64,000 nt of DNA, from NCBI GenBank assembly GCA_963833125.1, contig CAWHWX010000001.1:320001-384000 (forward strand). The letters are read 5' to 3'. Positions within the stretch are counted from its first letter, which is position 1. Each line of letters begins with the position of its first letter. Positions 49,575-60,349 of this stretch are shown piece after piece. The notes under the pieces were generated by a model, which had not been told where the DNA came from, did no database searches, and was given only the letters and a program-made list of their open reading frames with translations. The translations under genes were made by a program, and so were the position numbers. This DNA is from Candidatus Bathyarchaeota archaeon (GTDB lineage Archaea > Thermoproteota > Bathyarchaeia > 40CM-2-53-6).

Positions 49575-51438
49575 CTATGAAGTGTAATGTACCGTATTGT
49601 AGAACATGAAGTATCCCATGCCTGATCCGGCAGGGTTAGGAATCATTCCGGCGACGTTGCTTCTGTTCGTCGCCATGAAGTATGGTACGTATAGCCAAAT
49701 GTTCGTGTAGTCGTAATACATGGCTCGGGTAATTTGTTGAAAGTTCTGGATTATCGTGTTTTGATCTAGTGCGGTTGCTGCTGACGTCGTCCAACCGGCT
49801 ACGGTCGAGTTGGAGAATCCGGAGAATCCGACTTGGCCAGTTGTAGTTAGAGCGGACACGTAGTCTATGCTCGCGGTGTAGTCTTCACTATAGTAGCTTA
49901 TGCCGAACGGATATGCGGTACTGTTTACATTTCCAGTTGAGGTTACCACATTCGCGTATTGCTTGAACGTAAGGGGACTGAGGGTTATCGTAACTCCTAT
50001 CGTTTGGAGTTCTGATGATATGATTTGTGCAGTTTGGGCTTCAGGTGAACTGTCAGCGTCGTAAAGAAAGTTCACTGAAGGGAACGCTTTCCCCGTAGGG
50101 TTCAGAGTTGTCCCGTTAGGTAGGGTGGACTTGTAACCTGCCTGAGCAAGTAAGGATGCGGCCTGAGTTGGGTCGAACTGGTAAGGCTGCAAGCCCTGTG
50201 TCGATTCATTGTAGTAGGGGAACCCTGGCGGAACAGGACCAATCCATTGAGTCGCCAGATCATTGTACACTGAATGGATTATAGATTTGTAATCGATCGC
50301 GTAGGAGATGGCTTCTCTGACTCGGCGGTCTTGAAATGCTGGGAATGCATATGGATCCATGTAAACGAAGATAATGCTTGCCGAGGATCCGAAAGCAGTA
50401 GGCAGGATCGTCGTGGTGATACCTGCGGCTTGCTGAAGAACGCTGTACTGAGTGGGAGGCGCTTCGATCATTTGAGCTGTGTTGGATTGTAAATCAGCGA
50501 TCATTGCGGATGCGGCTTTGTAATAGAAACTAATTGTGTCAAGGACCGCAGGCTGAATTGCATAATTGCTTTCAGATGCTGGAAGACTTGTTCCCCAGTA
50601 ATTCGGATTCTTGGTTAGCGTTACGCTCTGTCCCTGAACCCAGGACTGCAATTCGTAGAAACTGGTTCCTAAGGCGTTGGTTTCCATGTAATTATTCGGT
50701 TGCCCCGCAACTACGCCGCCGTTCGCTTCCACAACTTTCGGGTCTACAGCCATGGCCATTGGCGTAATGAGGGTCGCCGGAAACTGCGGAATACGGTGAA
50801 TTGCCGTTGTAACCATATCCTAGGTGGATAACCAATTGATTGGGTGACACAGCTTGAATCGATTGGTTTGCAAAAGTCAAGTAATTGAGATCCTTCGGTG
50901 AAGGGTTAGTGTAGTTGATGGAATTTAGTATGCTGTCGGTTATGTTGAATCCAGCGCCATTTGTTGTACCCAGATTCTGGCCAAGAATCCAAGCAGGTGC
51001 TTGATTCATGACGAGCGTTCTGTATATTGAGAACCACATTACGTACGCATTGAATGGATCTCCATTGCTGAAAGTTACTCCCGGCCTGAGCGAGAACGTG
51101 TAGGTCATCCCGTCGGATGAAACCGTCCAATTCTGAGCGAGGACACCGATGTATGTGGTGTAGCTCGTGCCGTCCGGCGCCAATAATCCCTGATAGACTT
51201 GCTCAATGATTTCCCACCCAGGAGTCGTATAGCCAACCGCCGGATCCAACGAATCAGGCTGACTTTCCTCTTCCACTACCAGCGACGTGGGCAGTTGACT
51301 AGTTGAAACACCGGTTGTTGTGCTTGGCGTCTTGATTACGGAGTAAAAGTAAACTACGCCCACGACGGCGACGATAAGGACCACAATTATTGCGATACCC
51401 TGTATCTTGCTAATGCCCGATTTCTGCAATCGATTCAC
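49575..51438 (-). CDS. Peptide ABC substrate-binding protein (family 5), frameshift near 50785
   Basis: SLDPA, YTFSLRPGVTFSNG, VREAISYAID. Confidence 0.9.
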
Positions 51439-51588
51439 CCAATGAGTAATCGACTAGTTGCGAGTAGAAGATACGTCGAAGCACGCGATTTTAACATTTG
51501 GCATTTGACTCCCACGAATCTACTCAGATGGCTTCTACTTCCTTCAAGCTTCATATGGAGCGGATATGTACCTCAATTGGCCTCATCA

Positions 51589-52176
51589 ATGAACGCGAAC
51601 TATGCACAGCAATGCCCCAGCTGCGACAACACCTCAATGCTCACCAGCCAAACTCAATATGAAGTAGACCACTTTGGGGCAGTATTGCTAAGCGTAGCCG
51701 TATGCCAAAGGTGTGGCTACAAACATTCAGACGTCATCACGCTCACTAACCGCGAAGCCACTGCCCTAACTGCCAAGATAAATTCTCTCGACGATCTGAA
51801 TATGCGGGTAATCAAGTCCGGAACTGCAACGATCAGCATCCCGGAATTCGGAGCGACAATCACCCCCGGTCCATACAGCGAAGGTTACATCTCAAACGTA
51901 GAAGGCCTCCTCGGGAAAATAGAAGATGCCCTAACATTCATGCTCAGTACGGCGAAGGGAAAACGCTTGAAAAAAGGAGAGACAATGTTGAAGAAAATGC
52001 GAATGGCACGAGATTCGAAACCCCGATTCACCCTTATCATCAAGGACCCCCTCGGAAATAGCGCGATCGTATCTACAAACCCGCGGAAAGTTAGAAAACG
52101 CAAGTTGACAAATCGAGAACTACGAAACGTTAAGTTTGGCCAATATGCAATTTTGGAAAATGTAACTCAAAACTGA
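51589..52176 (+). CDS. ZPR1 zinc finger protein
   Basis: CPSC..CQRCGYK, GYISNVEG, DPLGNS; exact start uncertain. Confidence 0.9.
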   Translation: MNANYAQQCPSCDNTSMLTSQTQYEVDHFGAVLLSVAVCQRCGYKHSDVITLTNREATALTAKINSLDDLNMRVIKSGTATISIPEFGATITPGPYSEGYISNVEGLLGKIEDALTFMLSTAKGKRLKKGETMLKKMRMARDSKPRFTLIIKDPLGNSAIVSTNPRKVRKRKLTNRELRNVKFGQYAILENVTQN

Positions 52177-52208
52177 AACTTCGGGTACAAAACTGAGGCG
52201 CAACCATC

Positions 52209-53235
52209 TTGCAGGAACAGCCGATCGGATGGAGCAATGGGATAATAGTGAATACTGGCTCGTCGCGCCTTCTCTTCGATCCAACTTTAGGTAGGCGTTT
52301 AGGTGAGGATTGGAATGTTTTCATCACTCACGCACATTCAGACCATACCTATGGTTTTGGAACTTCCGCGAGAAAACATTCCACGCCGGAGACCTTGCGC
52401 ATCTACGAATCACTTTCAAAACGTACAGTCAAGAACGATCAGACCATAAAGATCGGCGAGAGAATGCGATTTGATGATACTGAAGTCAAGGTCCTCGATG
52501 CTGGTCACATGCTTGGTTCCTGCCAGTTCCAGCTCATCGCTCCCGAATTTACTGCGCTCTATACAGGCGACATCAACTGCGTCGATACACTGACTACCAA
52601 GGCGGCAGATGCTGAGCCATGCGATTTTCTGATTATAGAAGCTACGTATGGTCATCCGTCATATGTGTTCCCAAAAAGAGACACCATATACGCCGACATC
52701 ATTCGATGGACAATGACGGAGATAAATGACGACAAGTTACCAACTTTCCAAGTTTACTCATCAGGTAAACCGCAAGACATCGTCCGCCTCTTCAACGTCT
52801 ACACCAAAATCCCAGTCGTATGCGCACCCGGTATAGCGGCAGCAAACCTTGTCCACAATGAAAACGGCGTCCAACTCGAATACCTAGATTCTTCGACCCC
52901 TGACGGAAAGCACGCGCTGAAATCGAGGGGATGCATCTACGTTACGACTACTCGAGGAAATCAGGTGCCCCATAATGCTTCAAGAGCAGTTGCTACAGGT
53001 TGGGCTCTACGAGAGGCTTTTCGCAGTTTTACAGCCTTTCCCCTGAGTAGCCACGCTGACTATCAATCAGCTCATGCAATTTATCGCGGCCGTCAACCCG
53101 AAAGCGGTGTTCATCTTCACAGGATACATAGATCTGTTGTCGGCCCAGATAGAAAGGAAGCTAGGCATCAAAGCTGGGCCACTGCCTGTACTCGCGCAGA
53201 CGAAGTTAGCCGACTTTACGCGAAAGGCTACTTGA
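52209..53235 (+). CDS. MBL/beta-CASP-type nuclease, frameshift near 53062
   Basis: THAHSDH, AGHMLGS, YTGD, EATYG, LSSHAD. Confidence 0.85.
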
Positions 53236-53407
53236 AAGTCACATACATGAAGAGACTTACGGCAACAAGGCCGATTGCTCCCATAATTACAACCTCGGGC
53301 CTTACCTTTACTCCCGGAGTCTCCTCTTCAAAGAACCGAAGTAAGCCGGCACTGGCAGCGGGCATTGGCGATTCTCGTTTGCGTCTTTTCTCACGTGCGG
53401 TTGACAT
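53228..53407 (-). CDS. secG: Preprotein translocase subunit Sec61beta (59 aa, not in ORF track)
   Basis: MSTAREKRRKRESPMPAASAGLLRFFEEETPGVKVRPEVVI + TM; AGL.RFF and K..P motifs. Confidence 0.9.
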   Translation of the reverse strand: MSTAREKRRKRESPMPAASAGLLRFFEEETPGVKVRPEVVIMGAIGLVAVSLFMYVTFK

Positions 53408-53484
53408 TATTTACTAGGTCCCTGCTGGTTGGTTTTGGACGACGCTCAATTAAACTTTCATTTAGTGCATTAGGAGACGGATTG

Positions 53485-54845
53485 TTATCGGATTTTGATG
53501 TATTCGTATGCTTTCCTTGCGCTTTCGAAGCAATAGTGGACGTCCTGGAAATTCTTTCGCAATTCTGCAACGTCCTGTTTGACTTTCTTCGGGTCTTCCT
53601 TGTTGATTACTACACTCTTGATGAGCCTTGCGATCTCACTCATTTCATTCTTCCCCATCCCTATTCGGGTTATTTCCGAGGTTCCTATGCGTATCCCGCC
53701 TGGATTCTGATAATGCCGCCCGGCTTTAATGTCACCAGGAAGTAGCTGACGATTCACGATGATGTTAGCCGCTTCGAGTGCCCTCTCCGCATCTCCTCCA
53801 AGGGTGTACTTGGTAACGTCTACGGCGATTTGATGTGACTCCGTGAAGCCCTTACTCTCCCCAAGAAGAGAGAACCCCGTCTCATGTAATGCCTGCCCCA
53901 GAGCTTTCGGCGTTATCAATAACTTGCACAACGTACTGCTTCCCGAACTCCAACATCTCCGCAAAAGCAACGGCCTTCCCAGCCAAATTATGCAGGTGGT
54001 GGTTACTCGTATTCGATGGGAATGTCGCTTTCTTAATTTGATCACCATATTTATCGAACGACAACACAGCGCCCCCCTGAGGCCCGAAGAGCGTCTTATG
54101 AGTACTCAAACATACGGCGTCAACTCCTTCTCTCAGCGGATCCTGAAAACGCCCACCCGCAATGAGACCACCGACGTGAGCGGCGTCGTATGCTATTTTG
54201 GCGCCAACCGAATGCAAAGCGTCCGCAAGTTCGCGGATTGGTTGTGGGAATAGGAATAGGCTGCAACCAAACATCGCGAGTTTCGGCGGCTTATGCTCTT
54301 CCTCAGCCATCTTCCGTATTTTCTCCTTCGTCTTGTCAACGTCAATATTCATCTCCTCTTTGTCGAACGCGAAGTACTCCACGTCAAGGCCGTGTACGGA
54401 ACCGGCGGTTCCGTTGAACTCCTTTCTTCCCGTAGAAATGTGCCCACCGTTCGGGATGGCCATGGCTAACATGCGGTCACCTGGATTTGTGAAAGTAGTG
54501 TAGACGACTAGGTTGGCACAAACTCCAGAGACGGGTCGAACGTCAACGAATTCGGCTTTGAACAGATCCTTTGCTAGGTCGATGCAGATTCGTTCAACTT
54601 GATCTATGTATACGCATCCGGCGTATACTCGTTCCCCGACCCATCCTTGCGTAGACTCGACAGGATGTCTAGGTCTATTCCGCGTAACGGTTGCCGAAGT
54701 CGGAAACGATTGCTTCGCGCACCGCCGGGCTGGGAACGTTTTCGGATGCGATCAATGGTATCGATTCGGAGAACCACTTATGGTGCTGCTCCAGTAGTTG
54801 GAGCACCTTGTTGCGGGACTCCTTTGGCTGTGGTAACTCAAACAC
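53485..54845 (-). CDS. glyA: Serine hydroxymethyltransferase, interrupted by a 31-nt insertion and one single-base indel near 53908
   Basis: LIASEN, NRYAE|GWVGERVYAGC, DAAH, STHKTLFGPQG, GIRIGT. Confidence 0.92.
54647..54677 (-). other. Candidate BHB-type mRNA intron in glyA
   Basis: TAGACCTAGACATCCTGTCGAGTCTACGCAA; removal restores frame and the YAEG motif; folds into a BHB-like structure. Confidence 0.7.
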
Positions 54846-54932
54846 CCCACCCAAGGTGGTTCCCTAGGTCTCTAAATGCCTTTTGCCCTGAGAGTCCTCT
54901 GTAACGAAGTCTCTTGGAGTTGCTAGGTCCCA

Positions 54933-55295
54933 TTAACCTATGCTTAGGTTCCAGAAGTAACCTAGAATGAGGCTGACAATTAGAATCAGCATCACAGAAC
55001 CTGTAACGAAAACGAACTTGCGGTCATGATTCGCGGCAAAAACTAGAATGGAAAGGAAAACGCGGGTAATTGGGGTCGCGATCAAAAGTATTGTTCCAAC
55101 CATCAGAATTGCTGAAGCACGCATGGCAATCAGTTGCTGAACAAAATCATTCAGGCTAGTGTATCTTACCAACGTCGCCTGCATTGGATTGGGGTTCTGT
55201 AAGAGGAATAGGATTAATCCGAATATGTAAACGACGGAGCTTGAAATCATTCCTACAACCAAAACGACGTACATTGCCCTATTCAAGTCAACCAT
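54933..55295 (-). CDS. DUF1634-like membrane protein
   Basis: LLIATPITRV motif, 3 TM, follows TauE/SafE gene. Confidence 0.8.
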   Translation of the reverse strand: MVDLNRAMYVVLVVGMISSSVVYIFGLILFLLQNPNPMQATLVRYTSLNDFVQQLIAMRASAILMVGTILLIATPITRVFLSILVFAANHDRKFVFVTGSVMLILIVSLILGYFWNLSIG

Positions 55296-56196
55296 TGTGG
55301 CTCACCCCAAGATTGGAATCTTGATTCCAAACGACACGAGCGCCTGCGCGAACATGGTATACGCGAGGTATGCAACTAAGAGGCCGAACGCGACTTTCAA
55401 CAGCGTAACTGCGAAGCCTGTTCATAATTGCAGTGCCAAGCGTCGCGCCTAGCGTAGTTCCAAGCGCGATCGGTGCAAGGACGTACACGTTCACCAATCC
55501 GGTAACGAAGAAGAGGAGCGCCCCAACTGCGGCTGTTACACCTATCATGAATTTGCTTGTAGCGATCGCGGCTTTCAACGGGACATTCATGGTCAAGTTC
55601 ATCGCTGCCACTTTGATGATTCCGCCTCCGACGCCCAGCAGCCCTGCGGTGATTCCGGCGAAGCTTGAGATTACCGCTCCCTTGACGGTGCCATTGACAA
55701 CGTAGTCTACCTCCTTCTTCTCCGAACCGTCAAAGTAGGAACCTGTGAGTCCCAAGTATTTCGATATGCGATCTTGCTTTGCGCTGGTAAACTCATTCTT
55801 GGCGATTCGCTTTTCTTCCATCGATCTTGATTTAAGATTGGAGACCGCAACGTAAGACAGCAATACGCCGAAGATCATGAATAGTACCCAACTTTGAAGA
55901 AGCAGCGCGACAACGCTACCTACGAGAGCTCCGGCGGTGGTGGCTACTTCAAGATACATGGCGAGCTTGATGTTTGTGATTTTCTGCTCTAGATATGAAG
56001 ATCCACCGGCATTCGAGGTAGCGATCACTGAAACGAGACTGATCGCTATTGCCTGATGGATTGGCACACCCATAAACACGGTTAGAAATGGAACAATGAT
56101 GGCTCCGCCCCCTATCCCGAAAAGACCGCCGAAGAAACCAGCAAATATTGCTGTCAAGAAACAGATCGCCAGAAAACCGAGAGTAATTTCCATCAA
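55288..56196 (-). CDS. TauE/SafE family sulfite exporter-like protein (C-terminal frameshift)
   Basis: GIGGGAIIVP, GVGGGIIKV, ATSKFMIGVTA. Confidence 0.88.
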   Translation of the reverse strand: MMEITLGFLAICFLTAIFAGFFGGLFGIGGGAIIVPFLTVFMGVPIHQAIAISLVSVIATSNAGGSSYLEQKITNIKLAMYLEVATTAGALVGSVVALLLQSWVLFMIFGVLLSYVAVSNLKSRSMEEKRIAKNEFTSAKQDRISKYLGLTGSYFDGSEKKEVDYVVNGTVKGAVISSFAGITAGLLGVGGGIIKVAAMNLTMNVPLKAAIATSKFMIGVTAAVGALLFFVTGLVNVYVLAPIALGTTLGATLGTAIMNRLRSYAVESRVRPLSCIPRVYHVRAGARVVWNQDSNLGVSHNG

Positions 56197-56264
56197 AGCA
56201 CATGCACCATCGCAGATAGCGAGTTAGGCCCCTGTGTGAGTGCCGCTATCTGCCTTTCTACCAA

Positions 56265-56930
56265 TTATTGAGAGCGCCTCATCTCTCTTAGAAAACGGCC
56301 CGTCTTGTTACGCATGTGATGATGCATGAGCCACCTGAAGTCTTTCGGTTCGTCCACATCAAAACTGATTCCGATTGATCTTATCACTCGGCGGGAGACG
56401 CCTTGCCTATCCGCAAGAGCCAGATGCCTTTGGAAACTATCTATTCCGAAGACATTGCGAATTACTCCAGGCGGATGCATCAGCAGAGCATTTGTCCCGG
56501 TTCCATCTTTCGAGGGTGTAAGCGCCACGGAATAACCGGCGGCCTGATCGAGAAAGTTGGCGATCTCACGGGGAGTGATCAATGGAATGTCGGCGGGCAT
56601 TATTAGTGCGGCTGAGGCGCCTCGGTGTTGCGATTCATTGATGGCCAACCGGACTCCCTTATTCAAGCCACGCCTCTTGCCCTCCCAAAGCCAACTGGCA
56701 CCATGGGACCGTGCGATTTTCCCGACTGCGTAATCGGCGCTCACAACCGTTACGCCATCAAGCCTCTTGACCTTTCTCAGGACTTCGAGAACATCTACTA
56801 ACATTGCAACGGAAAGGTGGGCTCTTTGGGCAGGGTTCAGTACGGTTGCTAGTCTAGTCTTTGACAGCTTCAGGATATTTACGGGAACTACAGCGTGGAC
56901 TTTGGCCGGTCTTCGCCGCTTTTTTCTCAA
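56265..56930 (-). CDS. cofC: 2-phospho-L-lactate/PEP guanylyltransferase
   Basis: KTRL, ADIPL, GTNAL, FG.DSF.RH, DVDEP.D. Confidence 0.9.
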   Translation of the reverse strand: MRKKRRRPAKVHAVVPVNILKLSKTRLATVLNPAQRAHLSVAMLVDVLEVLRKVKRLDGVTVVSADYAVGKIARSHGASWLWEGKRRGLNKGVRLAINESQHRGASAALIMPADIPLITPREIANFLDQAAGYSVALTPSKDGTGTNALLMHPPGVIRNVFGIDSFQRHLALADRQGVSRRVIRSIGISFDVDEPKDFRWLMHHHMRNKTGRFLREMRRSQ

Positions 56931-57853
56931 CGCTTGAATTCACTTGTCGCTGTTCGTGCTAAGTGAATTTTGTCTGTCATGGTTTTCATGAGGGTCTGAG
57001 TCACGATCGGTTTGATGCCGAGTGCTCTTATCTGAGGCGCAAGTTCGACGTCAACTTTGTCGATGATTAGTACATCTAGGAAATCTTTGTAGCATGTTGC
57101 TACGCCCACCGCGCTTGCTTCTATGCCTGAGGCTTTCATCAATTTGTCAGCTGGACCCTTTACAGTCTTACCGCCCACGATTGGACTGATGCCTAAGACC
57201 TGCGCCTTTGTTTTCTTAAGCGCTGCACGGATACTCTTTACGGCTAAAATTGCTCCTATGCTCACGATAGGATTGCTCGGACAAATTATGATCCCGCTTG
57301 CTTCGTTTATTGATTCAATTACATGCGGTCCAGCCCTTGCGGAATCCGACCCTTTGAAGAGAACGCTCTTGACCTTTGGCCTCGTCTGATGCCTAACCAT
57401 GTATTCTTGGAAGTGCATGCGACTCCGGCCGGACAAAACGTAGGTCTGAAGCAGATCGTCAGTTGAAGGAAGAAGCGTCACATCGAGTCCCAAACGCGAA
57501 ACTATACTCGCCGTAGCGGCTGACAACTTCTTACCTTCACGCATTTGTTCAGTGCGGTAGAGGTGCGTTGCCAGATCGCGATCCCCGATATTGAACCATG
57601 GTCTGTAACCATACCTCTGAAGCAGTTTTTGGCAATAGAAGGTGTCTCCTTTGAATCCCCAACCTCTTACCGGATCGACCAAACCGGCGAGGGTGTAAGT
57701 GACAATGTCTAAGTCGGGAGACACATGAAGGCCGTAGAACTCTATGTCGTCTCCAACATTGCCAATTATCGTGATACGTCTTTGCGGCTCGACTCGAATG
57801 AGACCCTCAAGGAATCTCGCAGCTCCAACCCCGCCGGCTAAAGCGACGATCAA
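56927..57853 (-). CDS. cofD: 2-phospho-L-lactate transferase
   Basis: LAGGVGAARF, SPDLD, GDRDLATH, HFQEY, PSNPIVSI. Confidence 0.93.
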   Translation of the reverse strand: MIVALAGGVGAARFLEGLIRVEPQRRITIIGNVGDDIEFYGLHVSPDLDIVTYTLAGLVDPVRGWGFKGDTFYCQKLLQRYGYRPWFNIGDRDLATHLYRTEQMREGKKLSAATASIVSRLGLDVTLLPSTDDLLQTYVLSGRSRMHFQEYMVRHQTRPKVKSVLFKGSDSARAGPHVIESINEASGIIICPSNPIVSIGAILAVKSIRAALKKTKAQVLGISPIVGGKTVKGPADKLMKASGIEASAVGVATCYKDFLDVLIIDKVDVELAPQIRALGIKPIVTQTLMKTMTDKIHLARTATSEFKR

Positions 57854-57882
57854 GGGCTGAACCAGTCGGGAACAGCTATCTG

Positions 57883-58572
57883 CTAAGCCTTGCTAAGCCT
57901 GCTTATCCAGGGATGACCTGAAGCGATTTGGGGAACCTTCGAGTAGATCGACGTGAAAACTGCGTAGGGTACCGCGACCGAGAAGACTGCGTGCAGAGCA
58001 TTGAAGATGCTCGTAAAGAGCAACATGGCCGAAAGAATCTGCCATGGTCCTGCGAATTGCATGTGGAGCGTACCTTGAAGGGTTTGTTGGCTAAAACCCA
58101 GATAGTCTATACCGAAAATTACTGGGCCAATATACGTGAAGACAAAGTAGTTGATTACTAGCAGAATCAAGACTCGAGTCATGATTGCAAACGCAAGCAT
58201 TGTGCCAAGAGCTAAGGATATTCGATTATGATTCACCGCTAACCGTCGATAGGTTATGCTTCCTAACCACAAACCCAAGAGTGTTGAAAGTACCGAAGCG
58301 AACTTTACGGCAGGCCCTAACGGCGTATCGGTTCCTGTGGCAGTGAGAAACATCCAATGAACAGTAGCGGTTACAAGCGCGGGGATCGGACCGAAGATAA
58401 AGAAAGCTAAGACCGAGAATAGCTCGGCCGGATCAAACTTGAGGAATGGCAGTATTGGAAATGATGGTTGAATGCGAGCAGGAAGTATAACGGTAGTCAG
58501 GGCTGCAAGCGCACCCATCACTGCAGCGCCCGTTAAGCTCACGCTTCGCCTCGCAAACAGACTTTCCGTCAT
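57883..58572 (-). CDS. ECF transporter S component (RibU-like)
   Basis: PILPFLKFDPAE..FGP motif, multi-TM. Confidence 0.8.
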   Translation of the reverse strand: MTESLFARRSVSLTGAAVMGALAALTTVILPARIQPSFPILPFLKFDPAELFSVLAFFIFGPIPALVTATVHWMFLTATGTDTPLGPAVKFASVLSTLLGLWLGSITYRRLAVNHNRISLALGTMLAFAIMTRVLILLVINYFVFTYIGPVIFGIDYLGFSQQTLQGTLHMQFAGPWQILSAMLLFTSIFNALHAVFSVAVPYAVFTSIYSKVPQIASGHPWISRLSKA

Positions 58573-58674
58573 CTAAAGCACCAACGCTGTGCACAGAAAG
58601 TCACAACTACTTAACTTTTATTTTATGACAATCTCATGAAAACAACATGATATTATGTTTAAGTAGTCATTGTA

Positions 58675-58971
58675 TTATCTTCGTTTGTTGAATCCTTTAG
58701 CTTTTGTTATGAAGTCGCGTAACTGTTCAACGTTTAGGGGAGAGAGAACCCTGGATCTACCGACCTCGTAAACTTGGAGGAGGCCTGCCCTTCTGAGTAT
58801 TTCGACGTGCCTATACACTCCTCCGTAATCCATTTTCAAATTACTAGCTACAGCAGTAATGTGTAATGGCTTCTTGCTGTCCATGAGCATTAACAGAATA
58901 CGGAGCCTAACACTATTCCCTAACGCCGAGAACATTGCCGAAGCTAATTGGAGTTCTTCGGCAGCGGACAT
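58675..58971 (-). CDS. ArsR-family HTH regulator
   Basis: FSALGNSVRLRIL..VYRHVEILRRAGL. Confidence 0.85.
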   Translation of the reverse strand: MSAAEELQLASAMFSALGNSVRLRILLMLMDSKKPLHITAVASNLKMDYGGVYRHVEILRRAGLLQVYEVGRSRVLSPLNVEQLRDFITKAKGFNKRR

Positions 58972-58988
58972 TGATGATCAAGCCCTTC

Positions 58989-59180
58989 CTATGGCAGACA
59001 GTTATCACGGTTACTGAGAGTTAACCTTGTCCAGCGCCATTCCTTTCCTGCGGCAAACTCAGCCATGTGCTCGTTAGAGCAGAAATGGTACATTTTCATG
59101 TGCCCTTCTTCATCGATCGCGAAGGACAGTGAGGCCATGAGGTCGGATACCTTCCCACAGACATTGCACATGACTTTCAT
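58989..59180 (-). CDS. Small TRASH/YHS-like metal-binding protein (3' end uncertain)
   Basis: CNVCGK..YHFCSNEH. Confidence 0.65.
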   Translation of the reverse strand: MKVMCNVCGKVSDLMASLSFAIDEEGHMKMYHFCSNEHMAEFAAGKEWRWTRLTLSNRDNCLP

Positions 59181-59199
59181 TCTCTTGACCTAGGATCCT

Positions 59200-59964
59200 C
59201 TAGCTAACGTAGGGTAGTTCCCTTTCGCCGCCCTTACGGCCTTCGCGGGGAAAGGAATGCGAGAGATCCTTGGCCTTTTGCACAACCTCCGCGTTCTCTT
59301 TGGCTTGTTTCTCAAGCGCCGTGAGATCTATGGAGATGTTCAACATTCGCGAGGCGAGCTGTAGGGCTGCTTTCGCTGCGTTAGCATCTAGTGATAAGTA
59401 ACCCGGGGTTTCGGCTAGGAGGCAGATGGCTGGAATTTTCTTTTGTTTGGCGAGCCCGAATATGAGGCCGTTCGTTCCCGTTATTGCGCCTCCGGCTAGT
59501 TTCACTGCGCCCAAAGATTCGAGCTCCTTCACCGATTCGACATCTGTTGCACCAGCATATACCTTCGGCTGCTCTGCAAACCTGTCCGTAGCCATTCCAC
59601 CCATAGTGATCACTTTTTTCGTAGCGAATTTCGCTGCTAAGTCTAAGACCACTTCCGCGAGCTCGTATTGCCCTTCGGGTGAATAGGGCTGCTCGTTAGC
59701 TGTGAAGAGAAGTAGATCGGATCCTCCGTCCTTGTTCTTCCAGTAGTGGAATTCGCCTTTCATCATACCCACGACTCCATCCTCACTCAACCAAACTTTC
59801 GGGGAGAACATTGGAGAGAAGACTTCCGCGAACAGTTGAGCTTTCAGCTCTTTCTGGAGGTGGTTGACTGCTAACCATGCGACTGAGCCGATGCCTGGAA
59901 GACCACATACCATTACGGGGTCTCGGAGTTCGGGTTGTTGCGAGTAAAGCACTTCTGTTTGCAT
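59200..59964 (-). CDS. PAC2-family proteasome assembly chaperone
   Basis: GLPGIGSV, GAITGTNG, CLLAETPGY..D. Confidence 0.9.
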   Translation of the reverse strand: MQTEVLYSQQPELRDPVMVCGLPGIGSVAWLAVNHLQKELKAQLFAEVFSPMFSPKVWLSEDGVVGMMKGEFHYWKNKDGGSDLLLFTANEQPYSPEGQYELAEVVLDLAAKFATKKVITMGGMATDRFAEQPKVYAGATDVESVKELESLGAVKLAGGAITGTNGLIFGLAKQKKIPAICLLAETPGYLSLDANAAKAALQLASRMLNISIDLTALEKQAKENAEVVQKAKDLSHSFPREGRKGGERELPYVS

Positions 59965-60063
59965 TGTGATTCACGATGGATCATGAGTATTGGTATGGAA
60001 TCTATGTGAGTAGCCGGTAATTAGCATGCTTGTGAATAAGACCGGATTAGCGAGTGTTGGCGG

Positions 60064-60348
60064 CTATTGAGAAGGCAGTTTCTGTTGGCCAAATGGAGTG
60101 AGCCCCCATGCGAATGGTCTCGTCTTGCTCAATCGGTCCACCAATCGGTCCTTTCTGAGTGCTTTGAGGTGATAAGTGACGCATGCGTAAGACAGCCCGG
60201 CCTCTTTCACTATTTGTGGTGCACTCTTTCGGTCTTTCTCAAGAACTATGAGGATCCTAGTTCGTGCGACTAATCCTGCCTTGACGTTACGCTTCGAAGT
60301 GAGATAGGCTTTGGGATGAGAGCGCGCCGCGCTTTGACATGTTATCAT
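60064..60348 (-). CDS. Winged-helix DNA-binding protein
   Basis: RTRIL..LSYACVTYHLKAL..WGLTPFGQ. Confidence 0.8.
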   Translation of the reverse strand: MITCQSAARSHPKAYLTSKRNVKAGLVARTRILIVLEKDRKSAPQIVKEAGLSYACVTYHLKALRKDRLVDRLSKTRPFAWGLTPFGQQKLPSQ

Positions 60349-60349
60349 C

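Noticed and set aside
13056-59180. Mass pseudogenisation or programmed frameshifting (about 20 split genes)
   Set aside because: The breaks examined look like single-base indels in otherwise intact, often essential genes and show no common slippery motif; best explained as long-read consensus error. Only the glyA 31-nt insert differs
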